Source of the DNA: Mobula hypostoma
Lineage: Eukaryota
Direction of reading: 5' to 3'
DNA length: 64,000 nt
NCBI RefSeq assembly: GCF_963921235.1
Contig: NC_086124.1
Location: 1,488,001 to 1,552,000 of the forward strand
Shown: positions 38,687-51,060 of the stretch, in pieces
Layout of the letters: every line of letters starts with the position of its first letter
Numbering within the stretch: the stretch's first letter is position 1
Notes under the pieces: generated by a model
Seen by the model: only the letters and a program-made list of their open reading frames with translations
Told to the model about the DNA's origin: nothing
Database searches by the model: none
Translations under genes and position numbers: made by a program

Positions 38687-39140
38687 CTGTGACAAACCAG
38701 ACGGAGTTGGTGATGTCCATGCGAGGGGCTGAGGTTAGACTCCTTGTGACAAACGGGACGGAGTTGGTGATGTCCATGCGAGGGGCTGAGGTTAGACTCC
38801 TTGTGACAAACGGGACGGAGTTGGTGATGTCCATGCGAGGGGTTGAGGTTAGACTCCTTGTGACAAACGGGACGGAGTTGGTGATGTCCATGCGAGGGGT
38901 TGAGGTTAGACTCCTTGTGACAAACGGGACGGAGTTGGTGATGTCCATGCGAGGGGTTGAGGTTAGACTCCTTGTGACAAACGGGACGGAGTTGGTGATG
39001 TCCATGCGAGGGGTTGAGGTTAGACTCCTTGTGACAAACGGGACGGAGTTGGTAATGTCCATGCGAGGGGTTGAGGTTAGACTCCTTGTGACAAACGGGA
39101 TGGAGTTGGTGATGTCCATGCGAGGGGTTGAGGTTAGACT
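38687..39140. repeat. 57-bp minisatellite, about 8 copies
   Basis: Unit ttgtgacaaacgggacggagttggtgatgtccatgcgaggggttgaggttagactcc. Confidence 0.97.
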
Positions 39141-40435
39141 TCCTCCTGCTTGCCGGGCATATTTCTATCTCCTTAACTTTGCTCAAACCAGGCTCTGCCT
39201 TAGGTTACGGGCCGTGAAACTATCGTCATTCCCATTGTTGCCCCTGTGCTCAGCATCCCATCTCTCCTAGCCTTCCTCGTTGCTCTCATTGTAAATCTGA
39301 TAACAATTCTGAATTTATTTTATTTCAAGGCATCACACAGTTCACTGTTCTCCGTCTCTGTTACCTCCTCTAGCCCCACAATTCTCACAAGATCCCCAAA
39401 CCAGACCAATCCTGTCTTCGTGCTCAGTCCGCGCTGCCATTCCAGGACATGCCCTCTTCTCATTACTGCCAGGTACAGGAGGAGTTACAGGAGCCTGAAG
39501 ACCCACACTCAATGATTTAGGAACAGCTTCTTCTCCTCCACCATCAGATTTTTGAACAGTCCATGACCTCATGAACATTATTCACCTTTCGCACTATGCT
39601 TTTTGTAACTTACAGTAATTTTTACATCTTGCACTGTACTGCTGTTGCAAAATAACTAACTTCAGTGGCAATAAAACTGGTTCACATTTGCCCCGTCTCC
39701 TGAGAAGCTCCTTCAACCCCACCCTGTTGATCAGGTTTTTGTCACCCTTCATCAAAGCGTCTTGTGTGTCTCCTGCCACATTTATTTGTTGAACTCCTGG
39801 GAAACTCCTTGATGTATCCTGCTTCATTGAGACAACTTCCATGCCGTAGTTGTGAGCTAATTGCAACTGCAGTTTGCTTGGAATTGAATAACTTTTTAAA
39901 TTGTGTTCGATATCACAAGAAATGAAACAGCACATAATAGTGACAATCTGAAGGTTATACAGTTAACGACCAAATTTCTACCAGAGTTTTCTCACTCCTT
40001 CTCCATGAGTAGTGACAATCTGAAAGTTATATAATTAACAGGTGAATTTCTACCAGAGTTTTCCCACTTGACTCTCTGTGAATTACCATGAATTGAAGTG
40101 GGAAAATGCCTTGAGAACATCAGCTGAGGGGTAAACATCTGGATCAGAGGATAATCTAACCATTCTGTATTCATTCAAATCACTCAAAAACAGAACGCAA
40201 TCAGAAAGCAGCACCTCATGCCTTTCCACAGCTCAAATGTAAACCAGTTATGTTAACTTTTAGTTAAACTGTCCTTTCTATACTCCCCTCTCTCTCAACC
40301 CTTGGGTGATGATAACTTACCCGTCTAATTTCAACTCTGAAATCAGTTTGGAACAAACATGAGTTCCTCATTTCACCGTGAATATAACCCATGATTTAGC
40401 CCTCCCTTCAGGAATACAGATAGCAACATTAACTC

Positions 40436-41112
40436 CCGGGAGGGGGGAGAGAATGGTGGCGTGACAGCAGCGCGCGCGGCCACTTCGGTGATGATATCTG
40501 TTATCTGTCAAGTAGGGGACCGTGCACAATTCTGATTTGATGGAGACAGACGTGAGAGTGCGGAGGAACATCTGGAAAACTTCTGAAATGCCTGCTTCGC
40601 TGCCACTATGTGGTAATCGGAATCTCCGGAGCTGAAGGCCCCAAAATCCTTGCTTGTTTCAGCGGCCGGGGTGAGGTCGAAGGCGCTCGGCAGAGGATGG
40701 CGCTCGGGAGGCTGTATCGGAGAGGCTGGTCGGAAGCTCGGAGTTTTCGGACAGATGGACTCAGTGTTGGCTGTGGTCGGCTGCTTGCAAGGTATCGGCA
40801 AGTTGACGGTGCCTGGAGGTTTATGACAGGGAGTTTCTCCCTTTTGCCGCCTGCTGTCGGGGACTCGGGAGTCGATCGACTCGGGACTTTGAGACTTTTT
40901 TTTTACTGTGCCCATGGTCTGTTCTTTATCAAGTTATGGTACTGCTTTGCACTGCTGTAACTATATGTTATAATTATGTGGTTCTGTCAGTGTTAGTCTT
41001 TGGTTTGCCCTGTTTTCTGTGATATCACTCCGGAGAAACATTGTATCATTTCTTAATGCATGTATGCATTTCTAAATGACAATAAAAGAGGACTGACCGT
41101 TCTCATAATTTA
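40436..41112 (+). mobile_element. ~670-bp non-autonomous retroposon with a CpG-rich head (family Y, copy 1)
   Basis: Colinear with 59078-59766; ends in caataaaagaggactga..gttctcataat. Confidence 0.8.
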
Positions 41113-41169
41113 AAATAAAAACTTGGGAAAGGATCCAAGGTGCATTATCGGATCATCAATGGATCACTG

Positions 41170-41730
41170 AAGTAGTGGATACGGCCCAGTCTATCACGGG
41201 TAAAGCCCTCCCCACCATTGAGCACATCTACATAAAATGCTGTCACAGGAAAGCAGCATCTATCGTCAAGGAGCCCCACCACCCAGGCCATGCTCTCTTC
41301 TCACTGCTGTCATCAGGGAGAAGGTACAGGAGCCTCAGGCCCCACACCACCAGGTTCAGGAACGGTTGTTACCCCTGAGCCATCAGGCTGTTGAACCAGA
41401 GAGGATAACTTCACTTGCCCCATCACTGAACTCTTCCCACAACCTTGGTATTTATTGCTTTTTTATTATTACTTATTTTTTCTCTGCTCAAGTTGGTAAA
41501 ACCTGAGGGACGGGCTTATTATTATTATTATTATTTTTTCCTTCTTGTGTATTTGCACAATTTTCTGTCTTTTGAACACTGGTCTTTCCATCCCGTTGCG
41601 TGCGGTCTTTCATTGATCCTATTGTGTTTCTTTGATTTACTAAGTATACCCACCAGAAAATAAATCTCAGAGTTGTATATGATGACAAATGTATACTTCG
41701 GGAATAGATTTACTTCGAACTTTGAACTGG
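41170..41730 (+). mobile_element. Rex1/Babar 3' fragment
   Basis: HPGHALFSLLSSGRRYRSL. Confidence 0.8.
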
Positions 41731-42991
41731 TTTATTTGGGCAGTCCGCCTGCTGGAGAAGAACTCGTTGGCGAGTCAGGGAGATTTGGGGAAGGAGATAC
41801 ACACTGACATAATAGAGCCCAGGTTTTCAGTTTCACTGGGATGGGAGATTAAGTCTTTAAATTTACCCTCTGTGTCAAAAGGAACTGCTGCCAAAAGGAA
41901 GCTAAAGTGACAGATACAAGAGAGGGCGATGGTGCAGATAGAGGCATTAGACTCGATTCCTTGGAGTAGCACAGCAACACTGGCGGTGCCAGCACACCTG
42001 AACGAGCTTTGAAGCTGTCTTTTACCTGGGTTACGTGTCACGGAGTTCCGGGTCAGCCTGACCTGAAATGTGAGTATCAAAAACATGATGCACAATACGA
42101 GCGCTGTTGGGACACCAGACAGGAGGAGGTGTGACACACAGAACCCCTCTCCCCTACCCCACCATTCAGTAATATCGGGGGGGGGGGGAATGAGAAAATG
42201 GCTCTCACTAGACAGTCTACCTGCTGTAATGTAACACTTGTTCTGCTTCCTGTTCTTGCTTTTCCTGTTTACCACCTCGGTGTATTTACAGAATGATCTA
42301 TCTGAAGGCAGGCAAACAAACGTTTCTTGCTGTGCCTTTGGTGCATGTGACTAATGATCCAATTACCGATTGATTACCAGTTCTGCTTCCTTGGCCAGTC
42401 CCCGGTGTTCTCCCTTCTTTAAAATCCACTGTCCGTGAACTTACTCTGTCACCCCCCCCCCCACCACTCGCTGGAATGCAGAATCCCAGAGATTCTCCAC
42501 CAGCCCACAAGACAATGAAGACATGTACACTACCTCACTATTTTCTCCCATTTTTTGCTCTTTTTACACTATTTAATTTAATTTTTAGATATATTTTTAC
42601 CGTAATTTATATTATGCATTGCTGTTTCAAAACAAGATATTTCGAAACATATACCATCACTCCAATCCTGATTCCTTGTCATCTCGAAATGATAAAACTA
42701 TCAAGATGTTAAAAGGCATGGGTCAAACGGACAGCCAGAGACTTTCTCCCAAAGGAGATGGCTGATACCATGGGGAATCATTTAAGGTGATTGCAGGAAA
42801 GTACAGAGGGGGTTGTCAGAAGTAAGTTCTTTTTTTATACACAGAGAGTGGTGGGTGTGTGGAACGCCCTGCGAGGGGTGCTGGTAGAGGCAGATACACT
42901 AGGGATATTTAAGAAACTCTCAGATAGGTACATGGAGGATAGAAAAATGGAGGGCTCTGTGGGAAGGGAGGGTTAGATTCAACTTGAAATA

Positions 42992-43537
42992 GAGCACTGT
43001 GCAAAAATCTTAGGCACATACATATAGCCAGGGTGCCTGAGACTTTTGTACAGTACTGGAACAATTTTATGTATTGCACTGTACTGCTGCAAAAAACAAG
43101 TTTCATGACAGATGTGAGTGATGATAAACCTGATTCTGATACGGGTCTCTATAGTGGACTGAGAGTGGGAAAGGGGGCAGGGAGAGGGGAATCATGGTTG
43201 GGAAAAGGGGAAGGGAGGGGGAGCACCAGAGAGACATTCTGTAATGATCAATAAACCAATTGTTTGGAATCAAATGATCTTACCTGGTGTCTCAGGGCTT
43301 GGTGTGTCTGCCCTCACATTAACCCCCACCCTCACCCCCACCCCAAGCACTACTTCTCTGCCACCTGTCCCACACCCCTCCCGCAGCACTCCACCCTCGC
43401 CACTCCCAACATCCTTTGCTCCTGCCAGATTTACAAACCCGTTCTTCCACTCCACATTGACAAACACAGTACTGTGGAAAAGTCTGAGGCGCTCTAGCTA
43501 TATACATATATGTCTCTAAGACCTTTGCACAGTACTG
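42992..43537. mobile_element. Tc1/mariner-type MITE with doubled palindromic ends, copy 1
   Basis: cagtactgtgcaaaagtcttaggcac-type TIRs four times; TA site within a CR1 tail; second copy at 60694. Confidence 0.8.
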
Positions 43538-44280
43538 TATTGGTTAAAAGGTCAGCACAGTATCGTGGGCTGAAGGGCCTGTACTGTGTTCTGTACTGAT
43601 CTGTGTTTACTGATGTTCCCCGGTTTACATTCCCAACACGTGACACATCCTCTGCACGTCCACTTTATCAGAAGGTCCTGCTTCACCACTGGAGTTGAAC
43701 AATCCAAACTGTGCTGTTTGTCATTCTGGCCAGCCGTTACATAACGATGAATTCACACAGACTTCTTACATTAGATCGGTGTTGAGTTTTTAAAAAGTTT
43801 CCCCAGCTCCACCGGCTTGCAGGCTGGTTCGACATTTGCCCTTCTATCTCCACCAATGACAGAGGGTCGATGTTTCAGCTTGGGGTATTCTTTCAGTCTT
43901 GGATCCTGAAGATGAGTGTCAGCCTGAAATATCGACTGTTTACTCTTTTTCCTAGATGCTGCCACCCAGGGATGCTGAAGTTCCAAGCATTTTGTGTGGG
44001 CTGCTTCAGAAACTCTGACTTAAGTTGACTGCCCTGAAGCATTGACTGTGTCCCACAGGTACTGACTGCCCTGCCAGATGTTCTCCAAATTTCCTGTGTT
44101 TATGTTAGGATGCCTTTTGTGTGTGAAATGGCAGTTAGAGAGACTAGATTTTATAGATTAGCTTTATTTGTCACAGGTACATCAAAAGATAGTGAAATGC
44201 ATTGTTTGCATCAAGTCAAATCAGCAAGGATCGTACGGGCCAGCCCACGTATGTTACCACATTTGTTATTTATTTAAAGA

Positions 44281-44834
44281 ATCCTTAAGGCTGTTCTCGC
44301 CGGGCAAGGGTAGTGGGGACAAGCTCCCACTACCTAATAAATGCTCCCAATGGTGTGGGTCTCAAATAGCCTCTGACAACCAAGTCTAGCTCCTGGCCTT
44401 CTCCTGTGGCTTAGCTACCAAGGCCAGTGGAACCGTTTCTACTGACAGGAGAAGGGGCAAAGGAGGGTTACTGGTGCCTCAGAACCAGTGGCATCGGGCA
44501 GATGGGGCTCATCAGCCGTGGCTGGCAACTCACCTGGGAGAAGGAAAACTGTTCTCGAACCGCTGCTGCACCCACTCATGGGGAAGGCTTTGGGAGTCAC
44601 CACCGAGGGACAAATCCAGAGTTGGAGTCCCTCGGGCAGTCCTACACTGAGCTCAATGCTAACTGGCAACTCCTGAAACATTGCTGGTGCCAAACTGTAA
44701 TCAGTCTCTGCCGTTCCTTTGGGTTCGTCAGCTGTGTGGAGAGGGAGAGCTTGCTGTCCGTATCGTACTGCCCTGGCTTGTGTGCCTAGACAGCTGGGGT
44801 GCAACATCTGTGCTTGACCCTGACTGATGGGGCC
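44281..44834 (+). mobile_element. RTE 5'UTR-derived non-autonomous element (AviRTE-like UTR; family B)
   Basis: ggtagtggggacaagctcccactacc hairpin head, gcagatggggctc...ggagaaggaaaact, ctggtgccaaactgta; shares a segment with the SINE at 56160. Confidence 0.7.
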
Positions 44835-44849
44835 TTTGTTGCTGATTTA

Positions 44850-45110
44850 GAGATACAGAGTGGAACAGGCCCTTCTGCCCTTTGAACTGTGCTGCCCAGC
44901 AACCCCTAATTTAACCCTAGCCCAATTACGGGACAATTTACAATGACCAATTACCCACCGAATGGTACGTCTTTGGACTGTGGGAGGAAACCGGAGCACC
45001 CGGAGGAAACCCACGCGGTCACGGGGAGAACGTACAAACTCCTTACAGACAGCAGTGGGAATTGAACCCGGGTCTTACAGCCAGTGCTGTGGAGTGTTTT
45101 GTTAACCGCT
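44850..45110 (-). mobile_element. V-SINE
   Basis: Well-preserved V-domain and B-box gggttcaattcc. Confidence 0.85.
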
Positions 45111-45465
45111 GCTGCTTTCATTAAAAAAAAATTAGCTGCCATACCCTCACCCCATGACTCTAACTACCACCACCACACATCACTGCCTTCCTGCTCAGAT
45201 TCTCAGTGCTGAGGCATAAAACGCCATTAACAATACCCTGATGGTACATCCCACCCACATCAGCAGCCACCATGAACACACACTCGCCCCACACCGTGTG
45301 TGACCTTGTTCAAGCACACCGAAGAGAGGTTGGAACCACAGGAGCATGAAGCTACATTGTAGAGAAGCTCAGATCCAAGGCAGAAGTTGATACCCTCACC
45401 AAGAGGGCTTCAGCCACAGTCTATTTGTTGGGTCTTTCGGTTGAGAGTCTCTCTGACGAACTGGC

Positions 45466-45756
<291 letters not shown>

Positions 45757-46646
45757 TCAGCAAGACATTTAAACAGCTATATTTCACTAGAGTCAGAGAA
45801 AGCTACAGCACAGAAGGAGGCTCTACGGCCCATCTAGCCCATGCCAAACCATTTAAACTGACTAGTTCCATCGACATGCACCTGGACCATAGACCTCCAC
45901 ACCCCTCCCATCCATGTACTTATCCATTTAAGGTCACACATTAACAGTGAAAAGTGAAACTCTTGAAGGGAAGACAAGGGGAAACTTCATTCAGAGGGAG
46001 GTGAGAGTGTGGAACGAGCTGCCATTACACGTGGTGGATGCAATTTTCTGGGTCTCTGTTCCTCCCTCTGCAACTGGATCCTTGATTTCCTCACCAGAAG
46101 ACCGCAGTCAATGCGGATCGTAAATAAGATCTCCACCTTCTTGGTGCACCTCAAAGCTGTGTGCTTAACCCACTGCTCTACTCTCTCTACACCCACGACT
46201 GTATGGCTCAACACAGCTCAAATGCCATCTATAAATTTGCTGATGACACAATTATTGTTGGCAGAATTTCAGATGGTGATGAGACATACGGAAGTAAAAT
46301 AGATCAGCTGGTTGAGTGGTGTCACAACAACAACCTTGCACCACAAATTCGATGATATGTGTCAATGATAATAAACCCGATTCAAAATGAATTTCAAGCA
46401 TTTAAAAATAATCAAAATCCAGTAAAAATTAAATATACTATTAAAACACACAAAGTGCAACATGTTAAAATCAATATATTAAAGTAAACTTGTTAAAAAC
46501 TATATACAAAAAGTATATATATCAAGACAATTCCTTCAAAAAGTGTACCGATCCTAAAGCTTACCTCTCCTCTTCCCAGCCATCCTTCTCCATTGAAAAC
46601 AATGGAGCCATTGGCCCTGCACAAGTTGGGATTGGATCAGTACTCA

Positions 46647-46660
46647 GCGCCGCCTAGTGT
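46647..46660 (-). promoter_or_regulatory. CTCF-like motif in the FAM167 intron
   Basis: ACACTAGGCGGCGC resembles the CTCF core CCASYAGRKGGCRS, in non-repeat sequence with CpGs retained. Confidence 0.45.
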
Positions 46661-48879
46661 TAGTGGGACGAAACTGCAGGAAGTAGGCCACTGGCTGTGA
46701 CAGTCCATGGGGATCCCACGGTGGGAACACCGTCCCAATGACAGAGCAAAGACCATCACTACATCAATAATGAATAGGGAGGCATACATCATTGTATACG
46801 GGAGTAAACATCTAACTGATAAAGAGTTAAGGTTAGCTTAGTGATAACCAAGGTAAATAAGATGACAAACTTCGGAAAGTACATGGGATTTTGTCTGACA
46901 TTGCCCCGGTCAGTCATTGGATTTTAAACATGGATAAATATGGGTGCAGATTTGATCGGCTAAACAGCCCTTTTCTGTGCTATAGTGACTCTATGTTCTA
47001 TTTAATTTGTTTCTATTTGACCTACCATATCATTTCATTCATTTTCTTGTTCTTTGCTCAAACTCTTGAGAAATTCTGACTTTAAACGTTCGCTTCCCCT
47101 GCCCCATTGTAAAGAGTGCATTTCCCTCCCCAGTGCAGATGACGACTCTCAACCTGAAACATCCACTGTCCATTCTCCCCCCACCAGCCCCAGCCACAGA
47201 TGCTGCCTGACCCACTGAGCTCCTCCAGAAGCTGTGTGTAGTCCCACCAGTGTGCCTACACGTGTGATTGATCCGTGTTCTCTCAGGTTCAAGTTTATCA
47301 CTTCAAATGTGCACATGTATATCCTGTGTTCCTCCTGACCGGGGACCACAACTGAGAACATATAACTCACACACAAGGTAACAATTATAGGTCTTCCCAG
47401 TATTTCATCTTAATTCTCAGTTGTAGCGTTCCTTCCCCCACACTGCCCTTACCCTCATCTCCAGAAATTCCCCAAACCGGGAATGTATCGGTAACGACTC
47501 GACCCCCGGCTCTCTCCCACACTGTCGGCACCCTCAGTCCATTGGCTTGGGTCTCTCAGGCTCACTGCGCCGATGTGAACTGAAGTATCTGCATTTCCCA
47601 TGCCTTTCAAAGGCAGTTTATGAGTTTCCTGCATTTATTTCCTGTCGCAGAGTTCCCATCCCTTTTACCAAGTTCATGCAGACCTCTTCCAACAACCAAG
47701 GTAAAACTCTGCGGCAGTATTGGTGTTGCTTCTGTCAACGTTCAACCCATTAAAGTCCCACATCTCCCCTACTGCGCCCGCCTTCCCTTCCACCACCCCC
47801 CGTACCATTCTCCCTTCCACCCGCTCCTCTGCCCCTCCCCTCCCCCTCCCTCCTCCCAGCTATGCCGACAAATTCTTGCTCAGAGCCCCTACTTTCCTAA
47901 ACGCTACTTCTTCTAGACCCCAGAACGTTTGTAGTGGTTTCCAAAATGGGTGCTATTGCCCCCACGCCCGCCCCGGGAGTTTCCAAGGAGGCGGTGAAGA
48001 TAATGAGCGGCCAGCACACGTGGTGGATGCACGGTCGATTTCAGCATTTCACAGAAGTTTGGATAGATATATGGATATATAGATATATAGATATATGGAT
48101 GGTAGGGGTGTGGAGGGCTACGGTCCTGGTGCAGTTCGGTGCAGATTAAATGGACTAGATGGGCCGAAGAGCCTGTTACTGTGCTGCACTTCTCAATAAG
48201 GGGGATGGGGGGTGCTAAACATTCTCCCGGTGTCTCTCTCCACCGGCACTATCCGATTTGCTGAGAATTTCCAGAGTTTTGCCTCAAATGTCCAGCACCC
48301 CACGTGAGCCGAGGGCAGGAACAGGATGAAAAAGGAGGGAGCGCCGACAGGCAGGGGGAGGGAGCGCCTTTCCGCTGAGTGAGAAGGAGGGATGGAGGTG
48401 CGTGTCAGGGGACGCTGGCGGAGGGGTGGAGGTGTGCAGAGAGGGAGGCGGGGTGGGGACAAGGGTATCCCGGTGAAGCCGGTGTTCCAGTGCGCCGCAC
48501 ACGGACCGAGAGTGCCTAATGTTAATCCGACCGCGGTTTGAGAGAGATTAATCTGAGGGGATGGGGGTGTTAACGCTCTGAAGGGGTTTGAGAGACGGGT
48601 TTGTGGTGGAAGATTTAGACGGAGACTGAGTTACTGTAGGAAATCAGAACAACCCGGTTTGATTTGTGGGTTCACGCCAGACCGTCGCGAACCGAGTATC
48701 AAATACCTGGAATAATCACTGTGCCGCGTATCGCTCTCAGTAAGAATGGGGAGTCTGAGCTGGCTTTCCATTGAGATGGAAATGGGAAGTAAACCCGCGG
48801 CCGGGCGGGTGTCTGGGAGGCAGATGTACAAAATGTCCGACACAGACACGATAAACCTGCTAACACCATAGAATCTGGT

Positions 48880-48985
48880 ATAGCTGAAATCCAGAGTAAC
48901 ACACAGAACGCTGGAGGAACTCAGCCAGTCAGGCAGCATCCATGGAGAGGAATAAAGAGTCGACGTTTCGGGCCAAGACCCTTAA
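48880..48985 (-). mobile_element. Penelope-derived short repeat (hammerhead 3' half intact)
   Basis: Minus strand agggtcttggcccGAAACGTCgact. Confidence 0.7.
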
Positions 48986-49739
48986 ACCCGCCCCCTGGGT
49001 TGTTATCTCTGTGTCCCGGTGTTCGAGAACAGGATTTATTTTAACACCTCTCAGACTTAATGACGCCCTGTGAAATGTGATTGCATTCTTGCTGGAGAAG
49101 TGGTCACGCTGTCCTTGTTTTGGACCATACCACCACGCGAATTAACCGCTGGAAACCCACAGACATGAGCCCCTCCGTGCTTTACACCTGCAACTCCCCC
49201 GCCGTCCTCAAACTACCCTCGGAAGTACCGAGACTTCCGAAAGCCCCCCAGTTACACACCTAAATCACTCTCGACAGCGCCGGGTGCACGAGGGAGAGTT
49301 GAAAGCCTTTGCTGACCACAGCGGTGCAAGTGACTGCCCGCTAAACCCGAGTGTCTCAGACCAGACCCGGGCAAAAGCCAGCACCTGTGTCAGAGCCGGG
49401 CTCGCAAATGTCAGGGCTTGGTCTGGGTGGAATCCCGATTAGATCACTCATTTCCTCCCGATGTTCCAGCGTGGAGTTTGCGGAAAGGGACAGACCTGGA
49501 GCGAGCGCGAAAAGTCCGACAAAACTCACTCCAACTTCTTCAGGGTAGGAATTAGGTTCAGTATCACTGACATATGTCGTGAAGTGTGTCGTCTTGCGGC
49601 AGCAGTACAGTTTAACACTTAAATTACTGTAAATTATTTAATTTAACTATTTATACAAGTAGTGCGAAGACAGAGCAAAAGTATGAGGTAGCAATGCCCA
49701 TTCAGGAATCGGATGGCAGAGGGGAAGATATTCCTGAAT

Positions 49740-49933
49740 CTTCAGGCTCCTGTCCCTCCTCCCTGATGGTAGTAATGAGAAGAGGGGTCTTCAGACTCCT
49801 GTACCTCCTCTCTGAGGGTAGTAATGAGAAGAGGGGTCTTCAGACTCCTGTACCTCCTCTCTGAGGGTAGTAATGAGAAGAGGGGTCTTCAGACTCCTGT
49901 ACCTCCTCTCTGAGGGTAGTAATGAGAAGAGGG
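49740..49933. repeat. 49-bp tandem repeat (about 4 copies) inside a minus-strand Rex fragment
   Basis: Unit cttcagactcctgtacctcctctctgagggtagtaatgagaagaggggt. Confidence 0.92.
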
Positions 49934-50362
49934 CATCTCCTGGGTAGTGGGGGTCCTTAATGACGGATGCTGCCCTTTCTGAGGCATCGCCTTTTGAAGA
50001 TGTCCTGGAATGTAGGGAGGCCACACAATATGAACATTTTAAGAACCGGTTCTCTCCATCTGTCTGAATGGTCCGTGAGCTCATAAACACAACTTCGCAA
50101 TTCTTTTGTTTTGCACGTTATTGTAGTAACTAAGAGTGTTTTTTTTTGTTTTACATTCTACCGATGCCAGAAAAGGAACGACTTTTATGTAAGACTGACA
50201 ACACGCTGGAGGAACTGAGCAGGTCTCCAGCGGGTTGTGAGTGTTGCTTTGACCCCAGCATCTGCAGAGTATTTTGTGTTAACGAATTTTATGTCAAGTC
50301 AGTGATAATAAAACTGATACGGAATTAGTCGCTGTCATTTTCCCAAAGTGCCCTGTACTTAC

Positions 50363-50662
50363 GAGCTCTGCCCTCACCCAGCCCACGGCCTCGGCAATGT
50401 TGGCGAAGCCGCAGATGGTGTGGAGGGAGATGTCGATCCTGGCGCCGGCTTTCTGCCCGGGGGATAGGACACTGCTCCCACCTCCAGCTCCCGGCTGGTG
50501 ATCAGACTCGCCGCTGCCCTTCCAGGGCTGAACCTGCAGCTTCTCCTTCCACTCGGCGAAGGACGGCCGCCGGGTCTGGAGTTTCAGCTTCTGGGTCAGC
50601 GCCTTCACTTGCCGGAGGTCATCGTCGGAGTCGGCGTCGGCGTCCTCCTGTGCCAGGGACAT
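50363..50662 (-). CDS. FAM167B: FAM167 family protein (probably FAM167B), coding exon 1 (100 codons)
   Basis: Translation MSLAQED...VKALTQKLKLQTRRPSFAEW...ICGFANIAEAVGWVRAEL matches the FAM167 N-terminal motifs. LQTRRPS and ICGF are FAM167B-like. ATG in GCCATCATG context; phase-0 donor CTC|GTAAGT at 50362; CpG-rich. Confidence 0.9.
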
Positions 50663-50717
50663 GATGGCCCCGCCGCTGCTCCACCACAGTGCCGAGACAG
50701 CAGCGGGCAGCCCGCAC

Positions 50718-50724
50718 TTTAATA
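50718..50724 (-). promoter_or_regulatory. TATA-like box (TATTAAA) of the FAM167 gene
   Basis: TATTAAA on the minus strand about 56 nt upstream of the ATG, in a CpG-rich segment. Confidence 0.45.
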
Positions 50725-51060
50725 CTCACCAACCATTAACAGAGCCGCCCATTCACCTTAAAGGGACCGCGCCCGAGCTTTGTGCACTGCACCAGAGCCC
50801 GTCGTCAATGGAATCGCAAAGATGTTCAAAAAACAAACACTGTCACCGGGGAAAATATGAAATATTGTCTAATCAGCCTCTCCTCTGATTTTTAAAACTT
50901 TCTCTTCACCATCTTTGCTCAGGTCCCGCGAAAGGATCGGGACGATGCTCTCCCCTCATTACTAACATCAAGGAGCCTGAAGACGCGCAAACTGTTGTGA
51001 ACTGCTTCTTTCCCACCGCCATCAGCTTTCCGAAAAGTCCATGAATCCAAGATCAATTCC

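Noticed and set aside
38605-39270. Repeat-protein ORFs (193, 159 and 193 aa) or a CRISPR-like array
   Set aside because: By-product of a 57-bp unit; no unique spacers, no cas genes and no splice context
42036-42135. TGTCAC...GTGACA mini LTR-like segment
   Set aside because: No TSD and no second copy; could be chance
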